This document shows, in pieces, positions 14,370 to 23,772 of a stretch of DNA of 40,454 bases (positions are counted from its first letter, which is position 1; each line of letters starts with the position of its first letter). The stretch comes from a virus (taxonomy: Duplodnaviria > Caudoviricetes). The stretch lies in IMG/VR virus record IMGVR_UViG_3300044805_000038, positions 1-40,454 of that record; one strand, 5' to 3'. The notes under the pieces are model-generated. The model made no database searches. It saw only the letters and a program-made list of their open reading frames with translations, and was not told the origin of the DNA. The translations under genes and the position numbers were made by a program.

Positions 14370-16843
14370 TAGGGAAGGTGAATACTGGGCTTTGCTAGGT
14401 CATGCAATACCCGGATTCGCACCCATCTTGTTCTTCTATCCATTCTGCGAACAGTCCTAGCTGATGAGGAATGGCAACATCAATCGGCTTGCAGCGGCCA
14501 CTGATAAAAACATGGTCCTTGCCGATGGCTTCGCGCTTGGCATTGAGGGTCCGCTCCAGCCTCACCACTTGCTCAAACAACTCGGGCTTCTCGCGCCTAA
14601 GGGTGATCCATTGATCGGTGGTCTTGTACGGGCAAAACCAACAGGATGACTTTGGCGGCTGGGGCAAACCAGCTTCGCGCACGACTTGCAAGCAATCGCT
14701 ACGGCTTAGCCCCAGTTCGATCAACGGATACGCGGACGCATACCCATCGGATTCCCTTGATGGCGTAGCTCGGTGTGGCTCATCCGTGCTGATGCCTTTA
14801 CCCAAGACACAGCCTGGCGCATTGGCCTTGATCCATTTAGCAATAGGCTTGATCTTGAACTCAACAGTGCAGTTTCTGTTGCCAGGTGCGCCGTTGCTCA
14901 TGCGAACGGGAATGTCGATAGAGCGGACTGGACGGTGCAGTTCTTCGTACAAATCCACGACGGTTCCGTCGCGGCGTTTGCGCTGAACATCAACCCAACT
15001 AATCCCGTGAGCATCCGCAAAGGGCTTGAGGACATCAGCCACGTATTGAATAGTGTCTGGCGATTCGGATCGCTCGCCGACGTTGGCAAAAACAAAAGTG
15101 CGGTAGGGGATGGTCCCACTGGCGGCCAGCACAAGGCAAGCCGTTGATTGAACACCACCACCGCAAGAAAAGACGAAGTTATCCACAGTAGGGAGTAGGG
15201 CTAAGAGGTCTAGGCGATACCAGCATCAGCGAGACGCTGTTCGAGAACCTCAATCCGCTCCATGGCTTCCTGCAGCGCCTTGACTGCCTTCATGTAGAGG
15301 ATGGACTGGTTAATGCCTTTGGTGACTTCGCCAGTTTCGTTGCCGTCTTTATCACGGTCCGGCGTATCAAAAACAAGACCGGGGCAAACCTGTTCCAGCT
15401 CCTGGGCAATGGGACCAATTTGACGATGAGTTTCGTGACCAGTCTCCGCCCTGAAATTCCAGTTGCGAATCTGAATTGCTTTTAGATCATCCCACTGCGA
15501 ACTTGCATCGACAATATTCTCTTTCAGCTTTTGGTCGGAAAGAGTTGTGTAACTGCCGTTAGTATTCTGGACGTTTCCATTTGTGTAGACAATAAATACA
15601 TCGGTGCCATCAGTTGTTGTCGTTGCGCTTCTACGACCTACAAAAAGTGCGTCTGATGTACCTGCGCCTGTGGATGATGCCGACGTCAGTCCATTTCCTG
15701 CAGCATAGAAAAACGCACGGCCTGCATTATTAATTCGCTGCGCCTCAGTAGGTGATGCCGACCCGTCGCGTGTAACGGAGAACACTAGGCGGCCCGGCAT
15801 GTCGTTAGTGCCGGGGGTGCCGTCTACGGCTGCGTTGATACTCGCTGCGCGTACAAATTTAGTTCCGTCTGCGCCATTAAATGTTACAGAACCGATTGTG
15901 CTGCCATTTATAAGCGCGGCATAGTCGGACGAATGGCCCTGTCGGCAAAGCGCAATATCGGCAACTCTCTCGTTAACTGTGTTAGAAGAACTGATTACAG
16001 CCAGGCCACCGTATGCTCCGTTGTTATCGGTAACTTTAATCTGTTGTCCTTGTGACCAGTTACTGCCAAATCTGTTGTCAGGAATGTTGTACCAACTAGA
16101 CGTGCCAACTAAGAGGCGTCCCGAGCTGTCGATGCGGGCGCGTTCGTTTGCGAGCCCGTTTGTTGCAAACGCAAGGTACTCACCACCTCCAACCGCCAAA
16201 AGTGTGCCGCTACCGCTGGCGTAACCGGGGGCGACGTAGAAGTTTGACAGCGTGCCATCTGTTACTTGAAGGCGTTGCGTGGGGCTCGTAGTGCCAATCC
16301 CTACGTTGCCTGCCGAGGTGACAACCAGCTTGTCGGAGTAGCTGCTTCCAGGCGTCTGAATTGAAAACACGCCATTTGTATTACCGATAAACGTTTGGCT
16401 GGACGAGTCTTTTAGCGCGACAAAGACGCCGGTTGTACCTGTGCGCTCAAATACTGTTGGTGTGCTAGCCGTTCCAGACACGTGAAGTGTATTACTAGGG
16501 CTACTAGTCCCCAGACCTAAGCGGCCACTGGAGTCCAGGCGCATGCGCTCGCTTTCTGACCCTGCATTTGTAGTAATAAACCTCAACGCACCAGAATTAT
16601 CTGCTCCAGCACGTTCGGCACCTATATAAGCAATGCGGTTTGTGGCTTGCCAAAACGCCAATCTGCCTACATCGCTGGTAGTTGTTCTATTGCCTTCAAT
16701 GTTTACTGCACCAATTAAGGCACCTTTGAAAGTGCCTTGCGTGACGTTTGCATCGGACCATTTGTCAGGAGAGGAGCTTCCAACTCCAACGTTTCCACTC
16801 GCATCAACAAACAACCGCCCAGTGCCATTAGTTGAGATGGCTA
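14370..16843. repeat. Series of TAG-N9-CTA inverted-repeat sites (candidate recombinase core sites)
   Basis: Perfect sites at 15189-15203, 16097-16111, 16289-16303, 16505-16519 and 16829-16843; one-mismatch sites at 14370-14384 and 15773-15787. Confidence 0.65.
14395..15186 (-). CDS. PAPS-reductase-like adenine nucleotide alpha-hydrolase (Cys-rich)
   Basis: PP-loop-like SCGGGVQS, RNCTVEFKIKPI, YPLIE, PPKSSCWFCPY, C-terminal CESGYC. Confidence 0.8.
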   Translation of the reverse strand: MDNFVFSCGGGVQSTACLVLAASGTIPYRTFVFANVGERSESPDTIQYVADVLKPFADAHGISWVDVQRKRRDGTVVDLYEELHRPVRSIDIPVRMSNGAPGNRNCTVEFKIKPIAKWIKANAPGCVLGKGISTDEPHRATPSRESDGYASAYPLIELGLSRSDCLQVVREAGLPQPPKSSCWFCPYKTTDQWITLRREKPELFEQVVRLERTLNAKREAIGKDHVFISGRCKPIDVAIPHQLGLFAEWIEEQDGCESGYCMT

Positions 16844-17408
16844 CTTGGTCTGCACCGGGAGAATAAATACCAGTATTTGCATCGCCGGTGAAGGTCAGTG
16901 TGGGCGCTGCAGCAGATCCAAGGGGATAGCTAAAACGCTCAGAGCTGGTCCACGCATCGGTGGAATCAACCCAGTTGATGGTTTTATCGGTCGTACCTTT
17001 CAGTGTGATGCCGCCACCGTCTGCGGTTACATCGGTAGGGGTAGTTACATCGCCAAGGATAATATTTTTGTCTTCAATAACAAGGTTGGTGGTGTTGATA
17101 TTGGTGGTCGTACCGTTAACAGTCAGGTCGCCTGCAATCGTTACCGCGCCAGCAGAATCAATCAGCAGACGCTGCGTGCCGCCGGTGGTCACCGCAACCT
17201 GATCGGCGCCGGGGGAATAGATGCCGGTATTGGGGTCACCGTCGAACGCGATGCCGGGCAGGGCAGCCGTGCCGAGGCTGGCGTTCTTCATCACGTTGGC
17301 GATGCTGACCTTCTTGGTCACGTCGCTGGTGACATCAACAATCGGCAGCACATCCGTGTTGACCGGATCTGTGTAAGCCGTCAGGTCAGTGATCTTGGTG
17401 GTGGCCAT
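15210..17408 (-). CDS. Long modular tail fibre with C-terminal intramolecular chaperone (peptidase S74-like)
   Basis: Repeats NTGIYSPGADQVA and R(L/I)DSSGRL/GNVGIGT; SDQKLKENI..GPIAQELEQVCPGLV..coiled coil. Confidence 0.88.
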   Translation of the reverse strand: MATTKITDLTAYTDPVNTDVLPIVDVTSDVTKKVSIANVMKNASLGTAALPGIAFDGDPNTGIYSPGADQVAVTTGGTQRLLIDSAGAVTIAGDLTVNGTTTNINTTNLVIEDKNIILGDVTTPTDVTADGGGITLKGTTDKTINWVDSTDAWTSSERFSYPLGSAAAPTLTFTGDANTGIYSPGADQVAISTNGTGRLFVDASGNVGVGSSSPDKWSDANVTQGTFKGALIGAVNIEGNRTTTSDVGRLAFWQATNRIAYIGAERAGADNSGALRFITTNAGSESERMRLDSSGRLGLGTSSPSNTLHVSGTASTPTVFERTGTTGVFVALKDSSSQTFIGNTNGVFSIQTPGSSYSDKLVVTSAGNVGIGTTSPTQRLQVTDGTLSNFYVAPGYASGSGTLLAVGGGEYLAFATNGLANERARIDSSGRLLVGTSSWYNIPDNRFGSNWSQGQQIKVTDNNGAYGGLAVISSSNTVNERVADIALCRQGHSSDYAALINGSTIGSVTFNGADGTKFVRAASINAAVDGTPGTNDMPGRLVFSVTRDGSASPTEAQRINNAGRAFFYAAGNGLTSASSTGAGTSDALFVGRRSATTTTDGTDVFIVYTNGNVQNTNGSYTTLSDQKLKENIVDASSQWDDLKAIQIRNWNFRAETGHETHRQIGPIAQELEQVCPGLVFDTPDRDKDGNETGEVTKGINQSILYMKAVKALQEAMERIEVLEQRLADAGIA

Positions 17409-17443
17409 CGTTGATGCTCCGGTAGGTTGAGTTTAGGCGCGGC

Positions 17444-18514
17444 TCAAGTCTTAATACAAGCCAGCAGCGCGATGTTTCTGGGTCGTGCCTCGGTGTCACC
17501 GCTGTTGTTGACCGTGATGCCGGTGGTTACGGTCGTCGTTGCCCGAGGTGATGTGCCTTGGTTGGCGGCCACGGCGGTGTTGCCAGAAGTGCCAGTGTTC
17601 CAAGCGCCGTTGTTGTACTCAACGGTGTGCGCGTGACCCGGATCGGTAATGCCGTGCGTGTGAGCCAAGTTGGCGCTGGCTTGCGCGGAGCCGAACGTTC
17701 GACCCGTGTCAATGCCGCGTCCGTCGTCCCAGCCACGGGCAAACTCACCACGCAGATCTGGCACGTTGAAGGTGGTGGAGCCATCACCCGAGCCAAATGT
17801 AGTGCCAATGGCGCTAAACAATGTGGCGTAAGTTGTGCGGCTGATTGCTGCACCGTTGGCCTTCAAGTAGCCGGTTGGTGCGGTATTGCGTGCGCTCCAG
17901 ATGATGGTGCCAGCAGGAGTCATGTCCTGTGGCGTGATGGATGCAACCTGCGTATCGACATAGCCCTTGTTGGCGGCCATGTTTGTCGTGCTGGGGTTGC
18001 CCACCAGCGTCAGGTTGCCGGTCATCGTCCCACCAGCTTTGGCTAGGTAGGTGCTGGCTGCAGTGGTGATCTGTAGGTAACGGGCGTCCGCAAAGGTTTG
18101 GTCAATGCCGTCAGGGTCAACGCGCACCCAGTTGGTGCCGTCCCACATCTTCAGTTCGTCTGGCGTCTGCGCTGTGTCTTGCCACAACTGACCCAGTGCC
18201 GGACTGCTAGGTGCCGTGCCTGATGGGCTGGTGATGATCGACGCGCCGGGCTGGAACGAGACGATGGTGAACGTGGCGCCATTCCAAACCTTGAGCAACG
18301 GCGGGTTGCTGCTGGTATCGACCCAAAGTTGACCGTTGGCAGGGGTGGAAGGCTGCGTCGGTCCAACGCTTGTGCCAAGCAAACCCAGTGCCAGTGCAAG
18401 GTTGTTGGCTGTGATGCGTCGAGTCTGGGAGCCGCTGACGCTGGAAAATGGCAGGAGATCCGCGCTGGCAATCGCTGTTGCGGCGGGTAACTGGGAGATC
18501 CGTAAGCCAGCCAT
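17444..18514 (-). CDS. Tail fibre with tail-collar domain
   Basis: GQLWVDTS repeats; PAGTII..APTGYLKANGAAISRTTYATLFSAIGTTFGSGDGSTTFNVPDLRGEFARG; EARPRNIALLACIK. Confidence 0.88.
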   Translation of the reverse strand: MAGLRISQLPAATAIASADLLPFSSVSGSQTRRITANNLALALGLLGTSVGPTQPSTPANGQLWVDTSSNPPLLKVWNGATFTIVSFQPGASIITSPSGTAPSSPALGQLWQDTAQTPDELKMWDGTNWVRVDPDGIDQTFADARYLQITTAASTYLAKAGGTMTGNLTLVGNPSTTNMAANKGYVDTQVASITPQDMTPAGTIIWSARNTAPTGYLKANGAAISRTTYATLFSAIGTTFGSGDGSTTFNVPDLRGEFARGWDDGRGIDTGRTFGSAQASANLAHTHGITDPGHAHTVEYNNGAWNTGTSGNTAVAANQGTSPRATTTVTTGITVNNSGDTEARPRNIALLACIKT

Positions 18515-18515
18515 C

Positions 18516-21500
18516 TCAGTACCCCACCACAGTGATGTCGATCAGTCCAGCCACTGCTGTACCAGAGCTATTGACGCACTTCACTGTAACGCTGCTGGTG
18601 GTCTTAGACAGAACAATGGCGTTGATGGCGCCGGTTCCGGTGTCCTGCAGCGTGACTTGAACGGACTTGACGGCGCGGAATGGTTTGGTCAGCGGGATGG
18701 CAGTTCCAGCTCCACTGCTGCTAATGGCCACATCATTCTGAGATTCGATCACATCGGGGTAATCCAGCTCAAAGCAGATGCCCGTGATAGCGCCAGGTGA
18801 TTCCCCATCCTTGCTGCGAATCAATGTTTGGACTTGGTACACATCTTCGATCAGGCGCTCATAGGGCGCGTAGGGGTGCAAAACGCCAGACGATTCACCA
18901 GACAGAACACCGGCGGCATAGGTGCGTTGTTCGGCAAAAATCTGATCGTCGTTTTCTTGGAAAATGTCATCGTCGTTTTCTTGGAACAGCACAGTGTCTG
19001 CACCAGCCAAGGCGCCAATGCTGTGTTGATAGGTGGCCTCAGCAGTGGTGGTGATCAGGATGGCGCTTTCAAGGAAATTGTTATCGAAGTTCCAGCGGTA
19101 GTAACCATCCACGGCGGGGTCGGTTTGCTGAACGCTGTAGACGCCGGTATCGCCCGTGATGTAGGCGCCGCTTTGGGTGGTTAGGTAGGTGCCGCTTTGC
19201 GTGATGAGCCAGTAGTTGTCGGTGACTTGAGCGTTGACGTAGCTGCCCGGCCAAGTGGTGTCATCAATGCACTCGTCGTAGACGGCGTTGCTGATCGGCG
19301 GGGCGCCAACATTCAGGAGGATGGTGGCCGGAGTGTCGCTGCGCCATTGGGTAGCGTCTACCGATTTGACCATTACGGTCCATTCATCGGTATCGAACAG
19401 GCTGGTCTCAAACCATTGCTGTGCGGCGGTCACACCACCGGAATACAACTCAATCCCCTGTTCCCATGTAGTTGCGGGATTGCTGTCGATCAGGCCGCCT
19501 TGCTTGTAGCGGACTTCATACGACACCACATCGGACACCACGCCTTGGTCCCAGCTTCCGTAGAGGCTGCGGGGTAGTTGCCAGCTAAAGCGTTTCTGGC
19601 CGCTGTTCGTGTTTTCAACGACGGTAAACAGATTGGGCGTTGGCGGCACGATCTCTTCGCGCTCCACCGTGTCGTATAGGTAATCGGTTGGGTTTTCACC
19701 GAAGATGGCGCTGGTGAAGGCAACGCGAATCTCCCAGTCGCCGGGGGCGTGGAACGCGATTGTGTAGTAGCCGGTGAGCGGAATGTCGCTGAGGAAGTAC
19801 CAGCCATCGGCGGCGGGTTCTTTGACGCCCGGAATGACAGTTGGAACGTTGGTTGGAAATGCCCAGCAGCGGTAACCCGTGACGCGCTCGGGAATTGGGC
19901 AAGTGCCAGCGTCAACGATCAGAAGCTGAGTGCCATCAGGTTGGTTCTGGTGGCGGATGACGCCGTTGAAGGCCGGATCGGAGAGGTCTGGGATTGCGGG
20001 ATAGCCAACCACGCCAGCGGTGGCAAAGTCGGATTGCTTGCCGAGGCGGTCAATCGTGGCAACGCGAAACTCGTAGGTGTCACCGAAGACGTGGTTATCA
20101 ATCGGCTGCCAAATGTTGGTGGATGACACCTGCGTAATGTCTGACCATTCGGTGTCACCGATCTGGCGCCACTGATAGCGGTAGCCGCGCACAAGCAGGT
20201 CGTTGGCGTCGTTGGTTTGGGGTGGTGTCCAGTAGGCGCTGATTTGGTTCTGACCGTTGCGATAAACCAGCTCGGCGTAGACACCAGTGGGCGGTTTGGC
20301 GCCAGACAGCGTGAAGCGATCTTTGGGGACTGCAACGGGCAGGTTGTTATCGACGTAGCCGTATTTGCTGGCGTTGTACTGGACGGCTTCAACTTGGAAG
20401 ACCAGCGGATCAACTTCGCTGATGGCGATGATCTTGTAGAGCGCGGCCTCAAGGCTCTGCCACTCCAGCACCCACAACGCGCCAACCTGAGTATCGACAA
20501 TGCCGTTGCAACGGATGACCGTGTAGGCGTCATCGTCTTGCACGACATAACCCACCAGTTCATCGCCACTTTGCGTGATCAGAAGGTCAAGGTTCTGGGC
20601 GCCGATGTTGTTGAGTTGGCTGGCACCAGCAAGGTTGGAGTAATCAACAACGTTGAGAACCTGCAGCTTCGGTTGGGTGGTTACCGTGCCGTCGGGGTTG
20701 GTGGTCTTCTGCCCGTCGGGGATAACCAGCGTCAACGTGTAGGTGTTGGCAGGGTTGAGGTTGAGAACAGCGTCAAGCGTGATGCGGTTGTTTTCGGCGT
20801 CGATTGCACGAACGCGACCGCCAAGGCGTTGACCTTGTTTCAGCGGGTCGGCAATCTGGATGACTTCACCGACGCTGGCGGCCAGACCTTCGGCGCCAAT
20901 GCGGAAGCTAACTTTTTCGGTCTCGTAGCGGTTGCTGAATAGCGTGTGTTTTGCTGCCCGCAGTGCTTGGCCGCGTGAGGTGACGCCCAGCAGGCGCAGG
21001 TCAATCGGGTTGTAGCCAAAACGCTCCAGCAGGGTGTCATCCTGCAGATACTCGGTGACGCTGGAATAGGACTGATTAGGGTCGTCCCAGTTGGCTAGAA
21101 CAACGGATTTACGAGCGGTTTTGGCGGTGCCGTTGTAGGTGAAGCAGGGCGATGTAACGACGCCGTTGTCGTCAACTTCCTGAATAACGTTGGCTTCGCT
21201 GAATTGTTGAACAGGGATCTGGGCGCGATCCTGCGTCAGGTAGAGCTTGCCTTGGCTGTAGTAGACCAAGCCACGAAAGCAAGACGCCAGTGCGTTAAGG
21301 ACTTCGTAAACGCTGCCGGGGTTCTGGAGGTAGACGTTGCAGGTGAAGCGTGGTTCGTATCCGCCTTCACCGTTGGGAACTTGCTCGTCGCAGTATTGGC
21401 TGACGGTGTACAGATACCAAGGGTCGATTGCGATAGTCGGCATGTACCGAGCGCACCCGAAGCGGGGGTTCAGAACAATGTCGCGGAAGATCCACGCAGG

Positions 21501-22400
21501 GTTGTCAGTCCACGCCGTGGTGAAGGTGCCGTCCCAGATGCCGCTGTAGGTGCGGGCTACAGGGTCGTAGTTGGTAGGTATTTGTACCCGCTTGCCACGG
21601 ACGCGGACGGACAGATCGGGGATGCTGTTGAACTGGCGGGCGTCAACTTTCAGCGCCACCAGTGCGGTGTTGGGGTAGGCAAATTTTTCGTCGATGATCT
21701 CGGCAAAGCTCTGCCACGCGATCCCGTTCTGCAGATAGGCACTGCTGCTATCGGGTGTAATGCGGGTGACGCGAACACTCCACGGTCCGGTGCCGCTCAG
21801 GTCAAACTCGTAGGCACGCTGAAACTGGCTGCTGGATTTACCGCTGACTTCTGGTTCGGTGATGGTGGTGTACGGTCCACCGTTGGCTGAAACCGCAATT
21901 CGGTATTTGACGCTGGTAGCGCGAATGTCGCCGTTATCGACGTTGGTGGATTGCAGCGCCGTGTGCGTGATGATGACGCGGCAACGCTCAGTATCAAGGT
22001 CGGTGATCGTGCGGGTGATCGGACCAGATGCAACCGTTACTGCTGTGTTGACGCCGACGGTATTTTCAACAGTGCTGAACCCCAGCATCGGGGTTTGTGT
22101 TTCGTCCGTGCCAGTGCGGCTATCTATTGTGTATCCCGAAAAATTCTTGCTGCCGTCAGGGTTCTGAATTGGCGTGGAATCAAGAAAAATATCCTCTTCC
22201 GCGCTATTCGGGAAGCCTTCAATTTCACCCTCGCTGACTGCATAAACAGTCTTGGCAAAGGCAACCGAAAACAGATTGTTGGCTTCCTCAACAGGCTGCC
22301 GCGTGGGTGCAACAATCGTTTGCTGAACGACTGTGGGTTGAGGTGAAGACGCGCCACCGCCAGCACCGCTGATCTCAGGCAGCTTGTTGAGGTCTTCCAT
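18516..22400 (-). CDS. Central tail tip / host specificity protein (lambda J-like)
   Basis: SEGEIEG, WDGTFTTAWTDNPAW, YCDEQVPNGEGGYEPRFTCN, GVTSRGQA.R, FN3-like domains. Confidence 0.92.
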   Translation of the reverse strand: MEDLNKLPEISGAGGGASSPQPTVVQQTIVAPTRQPVEEANNLFSVAFAKTVYAVSEGEIEGFPNSAEEDIFLDSTPIQNPDGSKNFSGYTIDSRTGTDETQTPMLGFSTVENTVGVNTAVTVASGPITRTITDLDTERCRVIITHTALQSTNVDNGDIRATSVKYRIAVSANGGPYTTITEPEVSGKSSSQFQRAYEFDLSGTGPWSVRVTRITPDSSSAYLQNGIAWQSFAEIIDEKFAYPNTALVALKVDARQFNSIPDLSVRVRGKRVQIPTNYDPVARTYSGIWDGTFTTAWTDNPAWIFRDIVLNPRFGCARYMPTIAIDPWYLYTVSQYCDEQVPNGEGGYEPRFTCNVYLQNPGSVYEVLNALASCFRGLVYYSQGKLYLTQDRAQIPVQQFSEANVIQEVDDNGVVTSPCFTYNGTAKTARKSVVLANWDDPNQSYSSVTEYLQDDTLLERFGYNPIDLRLLGVTSRGQALRAAKHTLFSNRYETEKVSFRIGAEGLAASVGEVIQIADPLKQGQRLGGRVRAIDAENNRITLDAVLNLNPANTYTLTLVIPDGQKTTNPDGTVTTQPKLQVLNVVDYSNLAGASQLNNIGAQNLDLLITQSGDELVGYVVQDDDAYTVIRCNGIVDTQVGALWVLEWQSLEAALYKIIAISEVDPLVFQVEAVQYNASKYGYVDNNLPVAVPKDRFTLSGAKPPTGVYAELVYRNGQNQISAYWTPPQTNDANDLLVRGYRYQWRQIGDTEWSDITQVSSTNIWQPIDNHVFGDTYEFRVATIDRLGKQSDFATAGVVGYPAIPDLSDPAFNGVIRHQNQPDGTQLLIVDAGTCPIPERVTGYRCWAFPTNVPTVIPGVKEPAADGWYFLSDIPLTGYYTIAFHAPGDWEIRVAFTSAIFGENPTDYLYDTVEREEIVPPTPNLFTVVENTNSGQKRFSWQLPRSLYGSWDQGVVSDVVSYEVRYKQGGLIDSNPATTWEQGIELYSGGVTAAQQWFETSLFDTDEWTVMVKSVDATQWRSDTPATILLNVGAPPISNAVYDECIDDTTWPGSYVNAQVTDNYWLITQSGTYLTTQSGAYITGDTGVYSVQQTDPAVDGYYRWNFDNNFLESAILITTTAEATYQHSIGALAGADTVLFQENDDDIFQENDDQIFAEQRTYAAGVLSGESSGVLHPYAPYERLIEDVYQVQTLIRSKDGESPGAITGICFELDYPDVIESQNDVAISSSGAGTAIPLTKPFRAVKSVQVTLQDTGTGAINAIVLSKTTSSVTVKCVNSSGTAVAGLIDITVVGY

Positions 22401-23047
22401 CAGAGGTAGTTCTGCAGCTCAAGGCCGAACGACAGCACCGGCAAACTTCCGATGATGCGCTCACCGTAAAGGACAGGAACAACCTCGCCTTGCTTGGTAT
22501 TGGCGTTGGATTTATCGAACGTAAAAGACTTCAGTTGGTCTGATTCGCTGCGGCCTGTTGTTGATGCGCCACCGACGTTATCCACGGTCGGCATTTTGGG
22601 CGTTGGTGTTAGCAACTGTGCTACGCCACCAAACAACATCGAAACACCGATAGAGCCAACCGCCAGAGACAAGGCGCTGAATTTGGTTCCAAAAATTGTT
22701 GCCGCTACGCCACCACCAAGACCCGGAACAAGAATTGCAAAGGCAACAAGAGCCACGCCGGCAATTACAGCGCCAACACCGCCGTTGCCACCGCGACCCG
22801 TCGGTATGGGAGCCAGCACGAGTCGTTTGCTCATTGGCCACAACAACTGTTCTTCTGTCAGCCCTTCGGCGTGATCGGTCACCACGCGCCACGCAATGCC
22901 GTTGTCGCCACTTTCAATCAGGTACTGGCGCAGCTCTGGCATCTGTACACACAACGCCCGCACGGCCTCGGCAGGAGTCTTGACCGCAAGTTGGAAGCGG
23001 CGTCCGAATTTGCGCCCAAGCTCACCCAGCAACCTGATCGTGACCAT
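22400..23047 (-). CDS. Tail assembly protein (lambda I-like)
   Basis: IRLLGELGRKFGR..AEAVRAL..GGVAQLLTP..QGEVVPVLYGE; start set at MVTIRLL (TGATG coupling). Confidence 0.88.
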   Translation of the reverse strand: MVTIRLLGELGRKFGRRFQLAVKTPAEAVRALCVQMPELRQYLIESGDNGIAWRVVTDHAEGLTEEQLLWPMSKRLVLAPIPTGRGGNGGVGAVIAGVALVAFAILVPGLGGGVAATIFGTKFSALSLAVGSIGVSMLFGGVAQLLTPTPKMPTVDNVGGASTTGRSESDQLKSFTFDKSNANTKQGEVVPVLYGERIIGSLPVLSFGLELQNYL

Positions 23048-23772
23048 CAGCCCAGCCTCCGCACCACCATGTAAGTATTCTCGCGGAAGTATCCGCTGTA
23101 CGCCGTTACTCCAGACAACCTGCCAACAAGATGCTGGTACAACAGGTTGGCGCTGGGATCTTCCACAACAGCGACGTGATTGCAGCAATTCTGATTCCTG
23201 ATGCGGAACAGGATCACATCGCCGCGCTCCAGTGGCACCGTGACCGGCAGGCGCACAAAGCCTTCAGCAGCAAAGTTCTCCTCAAAGTGCGTGAAGCCAC
23301 GGGTTGACCATTCGCCTTCGTACTGGCGCTCGTAATCGCCCATTGCCACGCCCATCTGCTGCCAGTACCAATCCCGCACGGCGGAATAACAGTCGTAGAC
23401 GCCGTAGTTCCAAGGGCGTTCCAGTAGACCGGCGGATTGTTGGGGGTCAAGCCAAAACGCCTCGCTGCCGCCGCAATTCCACACTGCATACGGCAGGTTG
23501 AGTTGTTTGCAGGCTTTACGATCAGCCTCGCTGAACCCGTTGTAATTGATGTGGCTATGCCAGCAGGCAGTCGCGTCGTCGTAATACAGAGCCGTATCCT
23601 CGGCGCTGATCGTGAACGTGTCGGATTCGTTGCTGGTGTTGGCGCACTCCACCACAGAGCCGTCTTGCAGGATGAAGCCACAGGTTTCGCGTGGGTGGGC
23701 GGCCTCGGCGTACTGGCGCATGGCAAGCCGTTGGGCAGCAGTCAGCGGATTTGACCAAGTAGTCAGTTCCAT
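23047..23772 (-). CDS. Tail assembly protein (lambda K-like; JAB plus NlpC/P60)
   Basis: PRETCG, WHSH..SEAD, GVYDCYSAVRDWY, NHVAV. Confidence 0.9.
   Translation of the reverse strand: MELTTWSNPLTAAQRLAMRQYAEAAHPRETCGFILQDGSVVECANTSNESDTFTISAEDTALYYDDATACWHSHINYNGFSEADRKACKQLNLPYAVWNCGGSEAFWLDPQQSAGLLERPWNYGVYDCYSAVRDWYWQQMGVAMGDYERQYEGEWSTRGFTHFEENFAAEGFVRLPVTVPLERGDVILFRIRNQNCCNHVAVVEDPSANLLYQHLVGRLSGVTAYSGYFRENTYMVVRRLG

Noticed and set aside
15210-18514. Diversity-generating retroelement or invertible shufflon acting on the fibres
   Set aside because: No reverse transcriptase, no template/variable repeat pair differing at adenines, and no inverted silent fibre ends were seen.
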